Shown here piece after piece: positions 1 through 8,854 of a stretch of 64,000 bases of DNA. Every line of letters starts with the position of its first letter. Positions within the stretch are counted from its first letter, which is position 1. The notes beneath the pieces are model-generated. The model had not been told where the DNA came from and did not search any database. It saw nothing but the letters and a program-made list of their open reading frames with translations. Position numbers and translations under genes: made by a program. The DNA comes from Sporichthyaceae bacterium (GTDB lineage: Bacteria > Actinomycetota > Actinomycetes > Sporichthyales > Sporichthyaceae): contig JBQTII010000081.1 of assembly GCA_052388275.1 (NCBI GenBank), forward strand, positions 1,353 to 65,352, read 5' to 3'.

Positions 1-123
1 GCCACTGCCGCGGTCATTGCCGGCGACGAAGCCATCGCCGCCGCCACCCTCGAGACCGACTTGGACGGTTTCGGCCCGGTCACGGCCTTCGAACTGCGGC
101 GCCTGCCGAGACCCGAAGGCTGA
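1..123 (+). CDS. 3' end of an upstream gene (last 40 codons, product unknown)
   Basis: Frame 1 is open from the window edge to TGA at 121-123. Third positions are strongly G/C-biased. No recognisable motif. Confidence 0.35.
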   Translation, partial: ATAAVIAGDEAIAAATLETDLDGFGPVTAFELRRLPRPEG

Positions 124-365
124 CCTGCCCGGTCGCCGATTCCTGCCCCAGGATTCACCCTGGGGCAATACCGGTGAAACATCGGTCGGACACCCTGAAC
201 TCAGGTGAATCCAGGAACCTGGGTGCAGCGATCGGCAGGCGGGGGCCCATCCGATCGCGCAGCCGCTCGGGGCGGGGTGCCGCCCGATCCGCGCCTCGCG
301 CCGCGGGCGGCACCCCGGACGCGCTGGATAAGGTCAGCGACGTGGCATCAAGGACGCGTCGCACG

Positions 366-971
366 ATGACGGAACCGGCCGGTGACCGCGTTCTCACAAT
401 CCCGAACCTGCTCTCCGTCCTGCGGATCCTGGGAGCTCCGCTCTTTCTCTGGCTGATTCTGGGGCCCGAGCGCGATGGTCTCGCCCTTGTGGTCCTGATG
501 GTCGCCGGGCTCACCGATTACGCCGACGGATACCTTGCGCGGCGACTGAACCAGACCTCGCGCCTGGGTGCGCTGCTCGACCCCGCCGCTGATCGCCTCT
601 ACATCCTGGCAACCCTGATCGGCCTGACCGCGCGTGACATCGTGCCCTGGTGGCTTACGTTCGCGCTGATCGCCCGTGACCTGATCCTGCTCGGCTGCGT
701 TCCGACGTTGCGCCGTCTGGGGTATGGACCGGCACTGCCGGTGCACTACCTGGGCAAGGCCGCCACGTTCAACCTGCTCTACGCCTTCCCGTTCCTGCTG
801 CTCGGGGACGGCTCCGGCGCCGAGATGACCACGGTCCAGACCCTGGCCAATGTGTTCGGGTGGGCTTTCGCGATCTGGGGAAGCGGGTTGTACTGGTGGG
901 CCGGGGTGCTCTATGTGATCCAGGTTCGCGCCCTGGCCGAGAAGGTGCCACGGCGGGAGCGTCGGAGCTGA
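366..971 (+). CDS. CDP-alcohol phosphatidyltransferase (PgsA / eukaryote-type cardiolipin synthase-like)
   Basis: DYADGYLARRLNQTSRLGALLDPAADRL matches D-x2-DG-x2-AR-x8-G-x3-D-x3-D. Several hydrophobic helices. ATG at 366 is preferred over the ORF-track start at 174, whose first 64 aa are Arg/Gly/Ser low complexity. Confidence 0.85.
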   Translation: MTEPAGDRVLTIPNLLSVLRILGAPLFLWLILGPERDGLALVVLMVAGLTDYADGYLARRLNQTSRLGALLDPAADRLYILATLIGLTARDIVPWWLTFALIARDLILLGCVPTLRRLGYGPALPVHYLGKAATFNLLYAFPFLLLGDGSGAEMTTVQTLANVFGWAFAIWGSGLYWWAGVLYVIQVRALAEKVPRRERRS

Positions 972-984
972 GTCGGGAGGCACG

Positions 985-3480
985 GTGAAGGCGGTCGTGA
1001 TGGCCGGCGGGGAAGGCACCCGCCTGCGCCCCATCACCTCCACGATGCCCAAGCCGCTGCTGCCGGTCGTCGGGCGCCCAGTGATGGAACACGTGCTGCG
1101 CTTGCTGCGCCGCCACGGCCACACCGAGGTCGTCGTCACCACGGCGTTCCTCGCCTCACTGGTGCGCAACTACTTCGCCGACGGCGAGGAGCTGGGCATG
1201 AGCATCAGCTACGCCACCGAGGACATCCCGCTGGGCACCGCGGGGAGCGTGCGTAACGCCGCCGACGCACTGCGATCGGGCACCTTCCTGGTGGTCTCCG
1301 GCGACGCCCTCACCGACATCGACTTGACCGACCTGGTGCGCTTTCACCGCGAGCGGGAGGCTCTGGTCACCCTGTGCCTGGCCCGGGTGCCCAACCCGCT
1401 GGACTTCGGGATCACCGTCACCGACGGCGACGGGCGGGTCGAGCGTTTCCTGGAGAAACCGACCTGGGGCCAGGTGTTCACCGACACCGTCAACACCGGC
1501 ATCTACGTGATGGAGCCGGCCATCTTCGACTTCATTCGCGCCGACGAGGCTGTGGACTTCGCCAGCGAGGTCTTCCCGGCGCTGCTCAAGGCGGAGCTGG
1601 GAATCTACGGCTACGTCGCCCAGGGCTACTGGGAGGATGTCGGCACCCACGACACCTACCTGCAGGTGCACGCTGACGTGCTCGCCGGCCGCTGCGAGAT
1701 CGACCTGGATGCCTTCGAGATGGCGCCGGGAATCTGGGTGGGTGAGGGCGCCGAGGTCGACTCGGGTGCCCAGCTGCGCGCCCCGGTCTACATCGGCGAC
1801 TACGCGAAGATCGAGGCCGGCGCCGAACTGCGCGAGTACACCGTGGTGGGGGCCAACGCTGTGGTGAAAGCCGGCGCGTTCCTGGACCACGCGGTGGTGC
1901 ACGACAACGTCTACATCGGAGCGCAGGCCACGGTGCGCGGGGCGGTTATCGGCAAGAACACCGACATCATGCGGGGGGCCCGGATCGAAGAGGGCGCCGT
2001 CGTCGGCGATGACTGCCTGATCGGAGAGGAGGCGATCATCGCCGCCGGGGTGCGGGTCTATCCGAGCAAGACGGTCGACGCCGGCGCGGTGGTGAATCAG
2101 AACCTGATCTTCCAGTTCCGGGGGCAGCGCACGCCGTTCGGTCCGCGCGGGGTCTCGGGCATCGTCAACGTCGAGATCACCCCGGAGCTGGCGGTGCGCC
2201 TGGCAAGTTCGTATGCGACGACGTTGAAGAAGGGCGACACGGTCCTGACCGCGCGTGATGGGTCACGGGCAGCGCGGGCGCTGACCCAGGCGGTGATCGC
2301 GGCCCTGCAATCGGCCGCCATCAACGTTCGCGACCTGGAGGTGCAACCCCCACCGGTGGCCCGGATGGAGGCCGCCCGCGGGCATGCCGGCGGGGTTCTG
2401 ATCCGTACCACCGCCGGGGTGCCGGACAGCGTCGACATCACCTTCATCGATGCCTCCGGCGCCGACCTCGCCCACACCCCGCGCCGCCGGGTGGAACGCG
2501 TATTCACCCGCCAGGAGTACCGCCGGGCCTTCCCCGGGGAAATCGGGGACCTGAGTTTCCCGGGCCGGGTCGCGGAGAACTACATCAGGGCACTGCTCGC
2601 CGCCGTGGACACCTCGGGGGTTGCCGACTCCGGGATGAAGGTGGTCGTCGATGCCGGCAGCGGTGCGGCCGGTTTGCTGCTGCCGCGCCTAGTGGGCGGG
2701 CTCGGCGCTGACGTGCTCACCGTCAACCTCGGAGCCGACGAGGCGCGGCCCACGCAGACTTCTCCGGACACCTACGCCTCAATGCTCTCCCTGGCGGACC
2801 TGGTCGCCTCCTCCCGCGCGACCTTCGGTGTGCACTTCGACCCGGTGGGGGAGCGCATCTCACTCGTCGATGACCGCGGCGCAATCATCGCCGACGACCG
2901 CGCTCTGCTCGTGGTGATGGACCTCGTCGCCGCCGAACGCGGCGGCGGTCGCATTGCGCTGCCGGTATCGACCACCCGCGTGGCGGAGAAGGTTGCGGGT
3001 TTCCACGGTGTCGAGATCGCCTGGACCGCGACCTCCTCGGACGACCTCGCCCGGCGCGCCGGTGATCCCCGGCTGATCCTGGGCGGGGATGGCCGAGGCG
3101 GATTCGTCGTCCCGGAGGTCGGGAGTGCGATCGACGGCATCGCCGCCTTCGTTCGTCTGATGGGGCTCGTCGCTCGCACGAACCTGACGCTCAGCCAGAT
3201 TGATGCTCGCATTCCGCGGGCGCACGTGCAGTACCGCGAGGTCGACACCCCCTGGTCGGCCAAGGGCATCGTGATGCGCAGGGTGCTCGAGGCCGCCGGT
3301 ACCCGACTGCAGGACACCACCGACGGGCTGCGCCTGGTGGAACGCGACGCAAGCTGGGCAATGGTGCTGCCCGACCCGGCGCAGGCGAGCACGCACGTCT
3401 GGGCCGAGGCAGATACTCCCGAGGCCGCCGACGCCTTGCTCGCGCACTGGTGCGCCGTCGTGTCCGCCGCGAGGGTGTAG
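985..3480 (+). CDS. Sugar-1-phosphate nucleotidyltransferase fused to a phosphohexomutase-like module (ManC/ManB-like, 831 aa)
   Basis: N-terminus MKAVVMAGGEGTRLRPIT..PKPLLPV is a nucleotidyltransferase signature. Hexapeptide (LbH) repeats occupy the middle. The C-terminal ~450 aa have PGM/PMM-like architecture. Confidence 0.85.
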   Translation: MKAVVMAGGEGTRLRPITSTMPKPLLPVVGRPVMEHVLRLLRRHGHTEVVVTTAFLASLVRNYFADGEELGMSISYATEDIPLGTAGSVRNAADALRSGTFLVVSGDALTDIDLTDLVRFHREREALVTLCLARVPNPLDFGITVTDGDGRVERFLEKPTWGQVFTDTVNTGIYVMEPAIFDFIRADEAVDFASEVFPALLKAELGIYGYVAQGYWEDVGTHDTYLQVHADVLAGRCEIDLDAFEMAPGIWVGEGAEVDSGAQLRAPVYIGDYAKIEAGAELREYTVVGANAVVKAGAFLDHAVVHDNVYIGAQATVRGAVIGKNTDIMRGARIEEGAVVGDDCLIGEEAIIAAGVRVYPSKTVDAGAVVNQNLIFQFRGQRTPFGPRGVSGIVNVEITPELAVRLASSYATTLKKGDTVLTARDGSRAARALTQAVIAALQSAAINVRDLEVQPPPVARMEAARGHAGGVLIRTTAGVPDSVDITFIDASGADLAHTPRRRVERVFTRQEYRRAFPGEIGDLSFPGRVAENYIRALLAAVDTSGVADSGMKVVVDAGSGAAGLLLPRLVGGLGADVLTVNLGADEARPTQTSPDTYASMLSLADLVASSRATFGVHFDPVGERISLVDDRGAIIADDRALLVVMDLVAAERGGGRIALPVSTTRVAEKVAGFHGVEIAWTATSSDDLARRAGDPRLILGGDGRGGFVVPEVGSAIDGIAAFVRLMGLVARTNLTLSQIDARIPRAHVQYREVDTPWSAKGIVMRRVLEAAGTRLQDTTDGLRLVERDASWAMVLPDPAQASTHVWAEADTPEAADALLAHWCAVVSAARV

Positions 3481-3502
3481 GGATGCATGCGACGATGCGG
3501 AC

Positions 3503-4360
3503 GTGAGTGCCCAAGGCCCGACATCGGAGCCGGCACCGCGACGTCCCGACGCGAGCATGAGCCTGCTCTCGGACCTGATGACCAATGCCCTGGACGAGGG
3601 GTACCGCCGCCAGGCCGCGCGCGGGCCGGCCCAGACTTCCGCGCCCGCCGGCGCAGGCCGGCCGGTGGTGATGGTCGCTGTCTTCGCGCTGGCCGGGCTC
3701 GTGCTGGCCACCGGAGCCGCCCAGACGCAGGCGAGCGCCCCGTCCGTCGCCGAGGATCGCGAGCGTCTGATCGAGCGTGTGCTGGTGCGCACCGAGGCTG
3801 CCGACCAACTCCAGGGAGTGCTCGTCGCCCTGCGCTCGGAAGTCGACCGCCTGCGTGACGACGCGCTCGCGGCGACTTCCGCGGGCGGTGCGGCGAGCAC
3901 GGAGTTGGAGCTGCTCGCCACCCTGGCCGGGGTGAGCCCGGTGCGCGGACCGGGCATCAAGGTGGTGGTCGAGGACGCACCCGAGGACGTTCAGCGCAGC
4001 GACGGCGCGTCCGGGCGCGTCCTGGACTCCGATCTGCAACGTCTGCTCAACGGGCTGTGGGCGGCGGGCGCGGAGGCTGTGTCGGTCAACGGACAACGCC
4101 TGACCCAGCTCAGTGCGATCCGCGCGGCCGGGGACGCGATCCTCGTCGCCTATCGTCCGTTGAGCCCGCCGTACGAGGTTCTCGCGATCGGACCGCCTGA
4201 CGATCTCGAGGTCGACTTCATCGACGGCCCCGGCGGGCGGTGGTTCGCCACGCTGAAGGGCTTCGGCATCCGCTTGGATGTGACCCAACAGAAGAACCTG
4301 TTCCTGCCCGGTGCCTCCGGGGTCAGCTTGCGGGTGGCGGAGAGGAAGAACACCTCGTGA
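3503..4360 (+). CDS. DUF881 family membrane-anchored protein
   Basis: One TM (VVMVAVFALAGLVLATGAA), then a coiled region. C-terminal LLNGLWAAGAEAVSVNGQRL...PPYEVLAIGPPDDL is typical of DUF881. GTG start. Confidence 0.75.
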   Translation: MSAQGPTSEPAPRRPDASMSLLSDLMTNALDEGYRRQAARGPAQTSAPAGAGRPVVMVAVFALAGLVLATGAAQTQASAPSVAEDRERLIERVLVRTEAADQLQGVLVALRSEVDRLRDDALAATSAGGAASTELELLATLAGVSPVRGPGIKVVVEDAPEDVQRSDGASGRVLDSDLQRLLNGLWAAGAEAVSVNGQRLTQLSAIRAAGDAILVAYRPLSPPYEVLAIGPPDDLEVDFIDGPGGRWFATLKGFGIRLDVTQQKNLFLPGASGVSLRVAERKNTS

Positions 4361-4689
4361 TCGCGGCGCTGGGTCTGGCCATCGGGATCACCATCGGGCT
4401 GCTGGTCGAACCGTCGGTACCGCTATGGCTGCAGCCCTACCTGCCGATCGCGGTGGTCGCAGCGCTCGATGCGCTCTTCGGGGCACTGCGGGCACTGCTG
4501 GACGGCATCTTCAGCGACAAGGTGTTCGTCGTCTCCTTCATCGCCAACGTGCTGGTTGCCGTACTGGTGGTGTTCATCGGCGACCGTCTCGGCGTCGGGG
4601 GACAGCTGACGACGGGCGTCATCGTGGTGCTGAGTATCCGAATCTTCTCCAACGTGGCTGCCATACGACGGCACCTGCTCTCGGCCTAA
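4357..4689 (+). CDS. Small basic membrane protein (DUF1290-like)
   Basis: GTG at 4357 overlaps the upstream TGA (GTGA). About 110 aa, very hydrophobic. Sits between the two DUF881 genes, as in other actinobacteria. Confidence 0.65.
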   Translation: MIAALGLAIGITIGLLVEPSVPLWLQPYLPIAVVAALDALFGALRALLDGIFSDKVFVVSFIANVLVAVLVVFIGDRLGVGGQLTTGVIVVLSIRIFSNVAAIRRHLLSA

Positions 4690-4693
4690 CGCC

Positions 4694-5665
4694 ATGGACC
4701 AAGGGCAGGAAGGGCGCAGGGGCACGGACGGTGTCCCGGCGACGGCTGCGGATGACGCCAGCTTCGACTACGGCGCAGATTTCGAGCCCCGCGAGGACGA
4801 GACGGTCCTGATCGACGGCCGAGCCTATGGCGCAACCAGGACGTCGGCCGCGCCCGAGTCCGCGGCGCCGGCCGAGGTGCCGGCCGGGGGCGAGGCCGAG
4901 GCCGCCGGCGCCGCGGCGCAGGCGCCGGTAGTTCCGGATGCCGGTTTGCGCAAGCTGGTCGGCGCGCTGCGCACTCGCCGGGCACGCGGCACCCAGGTGG
5001 TGATCGCCGTGCTGTGCGCCTTGCTCGGTTTTGCCGGTGCCGTCCAGGTTCGACTGCAGGCCGACGATTCGACGTTTCGGACCGCTCGCCAAAGTGACTT
5101 GATCGCCATCTTGGACGACCTGGGTGATCGCTCCGACCGGCTCGAGCTCGAGATCCGGGACCTGGAGCGGCGACGCTCGGAGTTGCGCTTCGGTACCGAC
5201 CGTTCCAAGGCCGCGCTGACCGAGGCCCAGCAGCGGCGCACCGCACTGGGGATCCTGGCGGGCACGGTGGCCGCCAAGGGACCCGGGATCACCTTGACGA
5301 TCATCGATCCGGCGCGCAAAGTCGACGCCGCGGTGCTGCTGGACACCCTGCAGGAATTGCGCGACGCGGGTGCGGAGGCTGTGCAGATCAATGACGTGCG
5401 GGTGGTGGCCGGCACCGACTTCCTCGACGGGGACCCGGGGAGCGTGCGGATCGGCGGGACGCTGGTCTCGGCGCCGTATGAGTTCCGGGTCATCGGGGAA
5501 CCGGAAACGTTGGGTCCTGCGCTGCGCATCCCCGGCGGAGTGTTCTCGGTCCTCAACGAGCGGGGGGCCAGCGCCGATGTGCAGACCCGTAAGCAGGTGG
5601 TGATCGACGCTTTGCACCAAGCGCGACCACCCGAGTTCGCCCGCCCGGTGGATGCGCCAAACTGA
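4694..5665 (+). CDS. DUF881 family protein (second copy)
   Basis: TM VVIAVLCALLGFAGAV, a coiled-coil, and LLDTLQELRDAGAEAVQINDVRVVAGT...APYEFRVIGEPETL, parallel to the first DUF881. Confidence 0.75.
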   Translation: MDQGQEGRRGTDGVPATAADDASFDYGADFEPREDETVLIDGRAYGATRTSAAPESAAPAEVPAGGEAEAAGAAAQAPVVPDAGLRKLVGALRTRRARGTQVVIAVLCALLGFAGAVQVRLQADDSTFRTARQSDLIAILDDLGDRSDRLELEIRDLERRRSELRFGTDRSKAALTEAQQRRTALGILAGTVAAKGPGITLTIIDPARKVDAAVLLDTLQELRDAGAEAVQINDVRVVAGTDFLDGDPGSVRIGGTLVSAPYEFRVIGEPETLGPALRIPGGVFSVLNERGASADVQTRKQVVIDALHQARPPEFARPVDAPN

Positions 5666-5669
5666 GCTC

Positions 5670-6098
5670 ATGTCTGCCACTGTGCCTTCCCCCGATGAAG
5701 CCTCCCCCGATGAAGCCTTCCCCGAGCATCTGAAGTACACCGCCGAGCACGAATGGGCATCCCCTGGAGACGACGGTGCTGTTCGGGTCGGAATCACCGA
5801 TCACGCCCAGTCCCAACTCGGCGACATCGTGTTCGTGTCACTGCCCGAGGTCGGCGCCGCGGTAAGCGCGGGCCGGCCGTGTGGCGAACTCGAGTCGACC
5901 AAGAGCGTGAGCGAGATCTATGCCCCGGTCTCCGGGGTGATCACCGCCCGCAATGCCGCCATCGAGACCGCGCCGGAACTGGTGAACGCGGAGCCGTACG
6001 CCGGCGGCTGGATGATCGAGATCGCGCCGACCGATCCTGGAGCGCTCGCCTCCTTGATGTCCGCTGCGCAATACGCCGCCTCGCTGGGTAGTAACTGA
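5670..6098 (+). CDS. gcvH: Glycine cleavage system protein H
   Basis: YTAEHEWA...GITDHAQ..LGDIVFV.LPEVG......ELESTKSVSEIYAPVSG with the lipoyl-lysine motif E-S-T-K. Confidence 0.92.
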   Translation: MSATVPSPDEASPDEAFPEHLKYTAEHEWASPGDDGAVRVGITDHAQSQLGDIVFVSLPEVGAAVSAGRPCGELESTKSVSEIYAPVSGVITARNAAIETAPELVNAEPYAGGWMIEIAPTDPGALASLMSAAQYAASLGSN

Positions 6099-6231
6099 TC
6101 CGTTCGGAAACCCCCGCGTTGACCGCGTTCAGCGCAGCCCCTAGGTTCACATCGACCTCAACCTCAGGTTGCGGTCGAGGTGTTGCCCCTCCCGCACCAA
6201 CCACCGCGGGTCCCGCGGCGAGAGGCCGGTC

Positions 6232-6759
6232 ATGCGCTTCTGCACCCAATGCGGCTATCACGCAACCGATGACGCGCGATTTTGCGCGAGTTGTGGTTCC
6301 GCGCTCGACAGCGCGCCGAACGCCGACGGCTCCGACGTCACCTCGAGCATCTCCTTGCAAGGGCTGGAGGTGGAGGCGGAAGCGGGGTTACTCTCCCCGG
6401 GAGATCAGGCCGCGGTCGATGCCCTGCCGCCCGGCTCGGCCCTGCTCATCGTGCAGCGCGGGCCGCAGTCCGGCAGCCGTTTCCTCCTCGACGCGGCCAA
6501 GATCAGCGCGGGCCGCCACCCGGACAGCGAGATCTTTCTCGATGACGTCACGGTCTCCCGGCGGCACGCCGAGTTCGAGCGGGTCGACGATGACACCTAT
6601 CAGGTCCGCGATGCCGGCAGCCTGAACGGCACCTACGTCAACCGTGAACGGATCGAGGACCCCGCCGTGCTCTCCGGGGGCGACGAGGTCCAGATCGGCA
6701 AGTACCGCCTGGTGTTCTTCGCCTCCTCCGCCGGCGCGGGGCCGGAGAACGGCACGTGA
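6232..6759 (+). CDS. FHA-domain protein with N-terminal zinc-ribbon (GarA/OdhI position in the conserved cluster)
   Basis: MRFCTQCGYHATDDARFCASCG is a CxxC..CxxC motif. The FHA core is GRHPDSEIFLDDVTVSRRHAEF......RDAGSLNGTYVN. ATG at 6232. Confidence 0.85.
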   Translation: MRFCTQCGYHATDDARFCASCGSALDSAPNADGSDVTSSISLQGLEVEAEAGLLSPGDQAAVDALPPGSALLIVQRGPQSGSRFLLDAAKISAGRHPDSEIFLDDVTVSRRHAEFERVDDDTYQVRDAGSLNGTYVNRERIEDPAVLSGGDEVQIGKYRLVFFASSAGAGPENGT

Positions 6760-7454
6760 GCGCCGCCATGCCCTCTCGTGCGTACATGAGCATCGGTGAG
6801 GTGCTCGCCATGCTCCGTCCGGATTTCCCGGACGTCACCATCTCCAAGATCCGCTTCCTGGAGGCCGCCGGCCTCGTCGAGCCCGAGCGCAGTCCGGCGG
6901 GCTACCGCAAGTTCTCCGTCGTGGACCTGCAGCGGCTGCGTTACGTGCTGACTGCGCAGCGGGATCACTACCTGCCCCTGCGAGTCATCCGTGATCAACT
7001 TGACGCCATTGCCCGCACGGCCAACCTCGAGGGCGCTCCCGAACCGAGCGCGCCCGCGCAGCCGATTGACATCAGCATCCCTGCCCAACGCTACGACCGG
7101 GCCGGAATGCTCGCCGCGTGCGGGCTGGGGGACACCGAGCTGGCCGAGGTCGAGGCCGTCGGGCTGCTGGGTCGCCGGCGCGGGGGCACCTACGACTCCG
7201 ATGACGTCACCATCGCGGTAATCGTGGCTCAGGTGATCCGCAGCGGGCTCGACGCCCGCCATCTGCGGGCCTTCAAGGGCGCCGCAGCTCGCGAGGTCGG
7301 TCTGGTGGTGGGTGCCCTGGAGCCGCCCGCCCGTCGCAGTGGGACCCTGGCCCGAGAACGTAGTGCGGGCGCCGCCGCCGAGCTGGCCGCCACGTTGATG
7401 CGCCTGCATCAGGCCCTGGTGACGGCGGGGCTTCGTCGCGAACTCCTGCCCTGA
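6756..7454 (+). CDS. MerR-family transcriptional regulator (FtsR-like position)
   Basis: MSIGEVLAMLRPDFPDVTISKIRFLEAAGLVEPERSPAGYRKFS is a MerR HTH. GTGA overlap with the FHA gene stop. Confidence 0.8.
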   Translation: MSAAMPSRAYMSIGEVLAMLRPDFPDVTISKIRFLEAAGLVEPERSPAGYRKFSVVDLQRLRYVLTAQRDHYLPLRVIRDQLDAIARTANLEGAPEPSAPAQPIDISIPAQRYDRAGMLAACGLGDTELAEVEAVGLLGRRRGGTYDSDDVTIAVIVAQVIRSGLDARHLRAFKGAAAREVGLVVGALEPPARRSGTLARERSAGAAAELAATLMRLHQALVTAGLRRELLP

Positions 7455-7479
7455 ACATGGCGCGGGCCGGGCCGGTACT

Positions 7480-7962
7480 GTGACGGATGTGAAGCCGCTA
7501 GAGGTCGTTGGCGTACGCGTGGAAATGCCGGCCAATCAGCCGATCGTCCTGTTGCGGGAGTCCGCCGGCGAGCGCTACCTGCCGATCTGGATCGGAGCGG
7601 TGGAGGCTACCGCGATCGCCTTCGCCCAGCAGGGCGTCGTCCCGGCCCGCCCGATGACCCACGACCTGATGCGCGACCTGCTCGCCGCGCTCGGGCACGA
7701 ACTGGAGCAGGTACGGATCACGGACCTGCGCGACGGCGTCTTCTACGCCGAACTCGTCTTCGCCGACGGGGTCGAGGTCAGCGCCCGGCCTTCCGACGCC
7801 ATCGCACTAGCCCTGCGCACCGGGACACCTATCTTCGGCAGTCCGCTGGTGCTGGACGAGGCCGGGATCGCCATTCCGGACGAGCAGGAGGACGAGGTCG
7901 AGAAGTTCCGCGAGTTCCTCGACCAGATCTCACCCGAGGACTTCGGAACCACAGGAAGCTGA
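7480..7962 (+). CDS. Bifunctional nuclease family protein (DUF151)
   Basis: LLRESAGERYLPIWIG..EA.AIA......ARPMTHDL and an acidic C-terminus, typical of DUF151. Position in the cluster is conserved. Confidence 0.8.
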   Translation: MTDVKPLEVVGVRVEMPANQPIVLLRESAGERYLPIWIGAVEATAIAFAQQGVVPARPMTHDLMRDLLAALGHELEQVRITDLRDGVFYAELVFADGVEVSARPSDAIALALRTGTPIFGSPLVLDEAGIAIPDEQEDEVEKFREFLDQISPEDFGTTGS

Positions 7963-8124
7963 GCTGTCCTCCGCTAATCCGAAGACAATTCGGTCCTTCA
8001 CCCACATGCGTCACCCCAGTAACACGGCCCCCACGTTCGGCGCGGCGCGTTGCGTTGACGCTCTCCGAAGCCGGGCTTACCGTCATGAGGGAAACATCGC
8101 CGGTGTAATTCGAGGAGCCCGAAG

Positions 8125-8721
8125 ATGAGCGGCACGCAGGACACGTCCGTCAAGGGCGGCGCAGTGGACGCCCGAGCCGTCCTCGCCGCGGGCAAGCAGG
8201 GGCTGCTGTTCGAAGCCGACTACTCCGGCGCCCCGCACGACGTCGGGTTTCGCGGCCCGACCGCGTGCTCTGCGGCCGGCATCACCTACCGCCAACTGGA
8301 CTACTGGGCCCGCACGGGCCTGGTGGAGCCAAGCATCCGCCCGGCCACCGGCTCGGGCACCCAGCGCCTGTACGGCTTCCGTGACATTCTGGTGTTGAAG
8401 ATCGTCAAGCGACTGCTCGACGCCGGGGTCTCGCTGCAGCAGATCCGCCAGGCCGTGTCCCACCTTGCCGAGCGCGGCGTTTCCGATCTCGCGACGCTCA
8501 CCCTGATGAGCGACGGCGCCACCGTGTACGAGTGCGGGTCGCCCAACGAGGTCGTCGACCTGCTCCAAGGCGGCCAGGGCGTTTTCGGGATCGCGGTGGG
8601 CCGGGTGTGGCAGGAGGTCGAGGGTTCACTGGCAAACCTGCCCGGCGAGCGGCCTGAGGTGGCCGCCGAGGACTCGCACAGCGATGAACTTGCCGCTCGC
8701 CGTGCCCGCCGGATCAGCTGA
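8125..8721 (+). CDS. MerR-family transcriptional regulator
   Basis: AAGITYRQLDYWARTGLVEPS...GSGTQRLYGFRDILVLKIVKRLLDAGVSLQQIR. Confidence 0.8.
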   Translation: MSGTQDTSVKGGAVDARAVLAAGKQGLLFEADYSGAPHDVGFRGPTACSAAGITYRQLDYWARTGLVEPSIRPATGSGTQRLYGFRDILVLKIVKRLLDAGVSLQQIRQAVSHLAERGVSDLATLTLMSDGATVYECGSPNEVVDLLQGGQGVFGIAVGRVWQEVEGSLANLPGERPEVAAEDSHSDELAARRARRIS

Positions 8722-8742
8722 CGCCCGAGAGCTCACCGGGGA

Positions 8743-8783
8743 CCCAGCACCCACCTACCCAGCACCCACCTACCCAGCACCCC
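8743..8783. repeat. 15-bp tandem repeat CCCAGCACCCACCTA, about 2.7 copies
   Basis: Read directly at 8743-8757 and 8758-8772, with a partial copy from 8773. Lies in the convergent intergenic region. Confidence 0.9.
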
Positions 8784-8797
8784 TCCCCCCTGAAAAC

Positions 8798-8828
8798 AGG
8801 AAAGCCCCGGATACCCCGGGGCTTTCCT
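8798..8828. terminator. Bidirectional stem-loop terminator between convergent genes
   Basis: AGGAAAGCCCCGG (8798-8810), loop ATACC, CCGGGGCTTTCCT (8816-8828). This is a 13-bp perfect stem between the merR-like stop (8721) and the rskA stop (8855). Confidence 0.7.
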
Positions 8829-8854
8829 GCGGGGTGGCTGTGCGGGAAGGCGGG

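Noticed and set aside
8743-8783. Possible CRISPR-like repeat.
   Set aside because: The units are directly tandem and only 15 bp long, with no spacers and no cas genes in the window.
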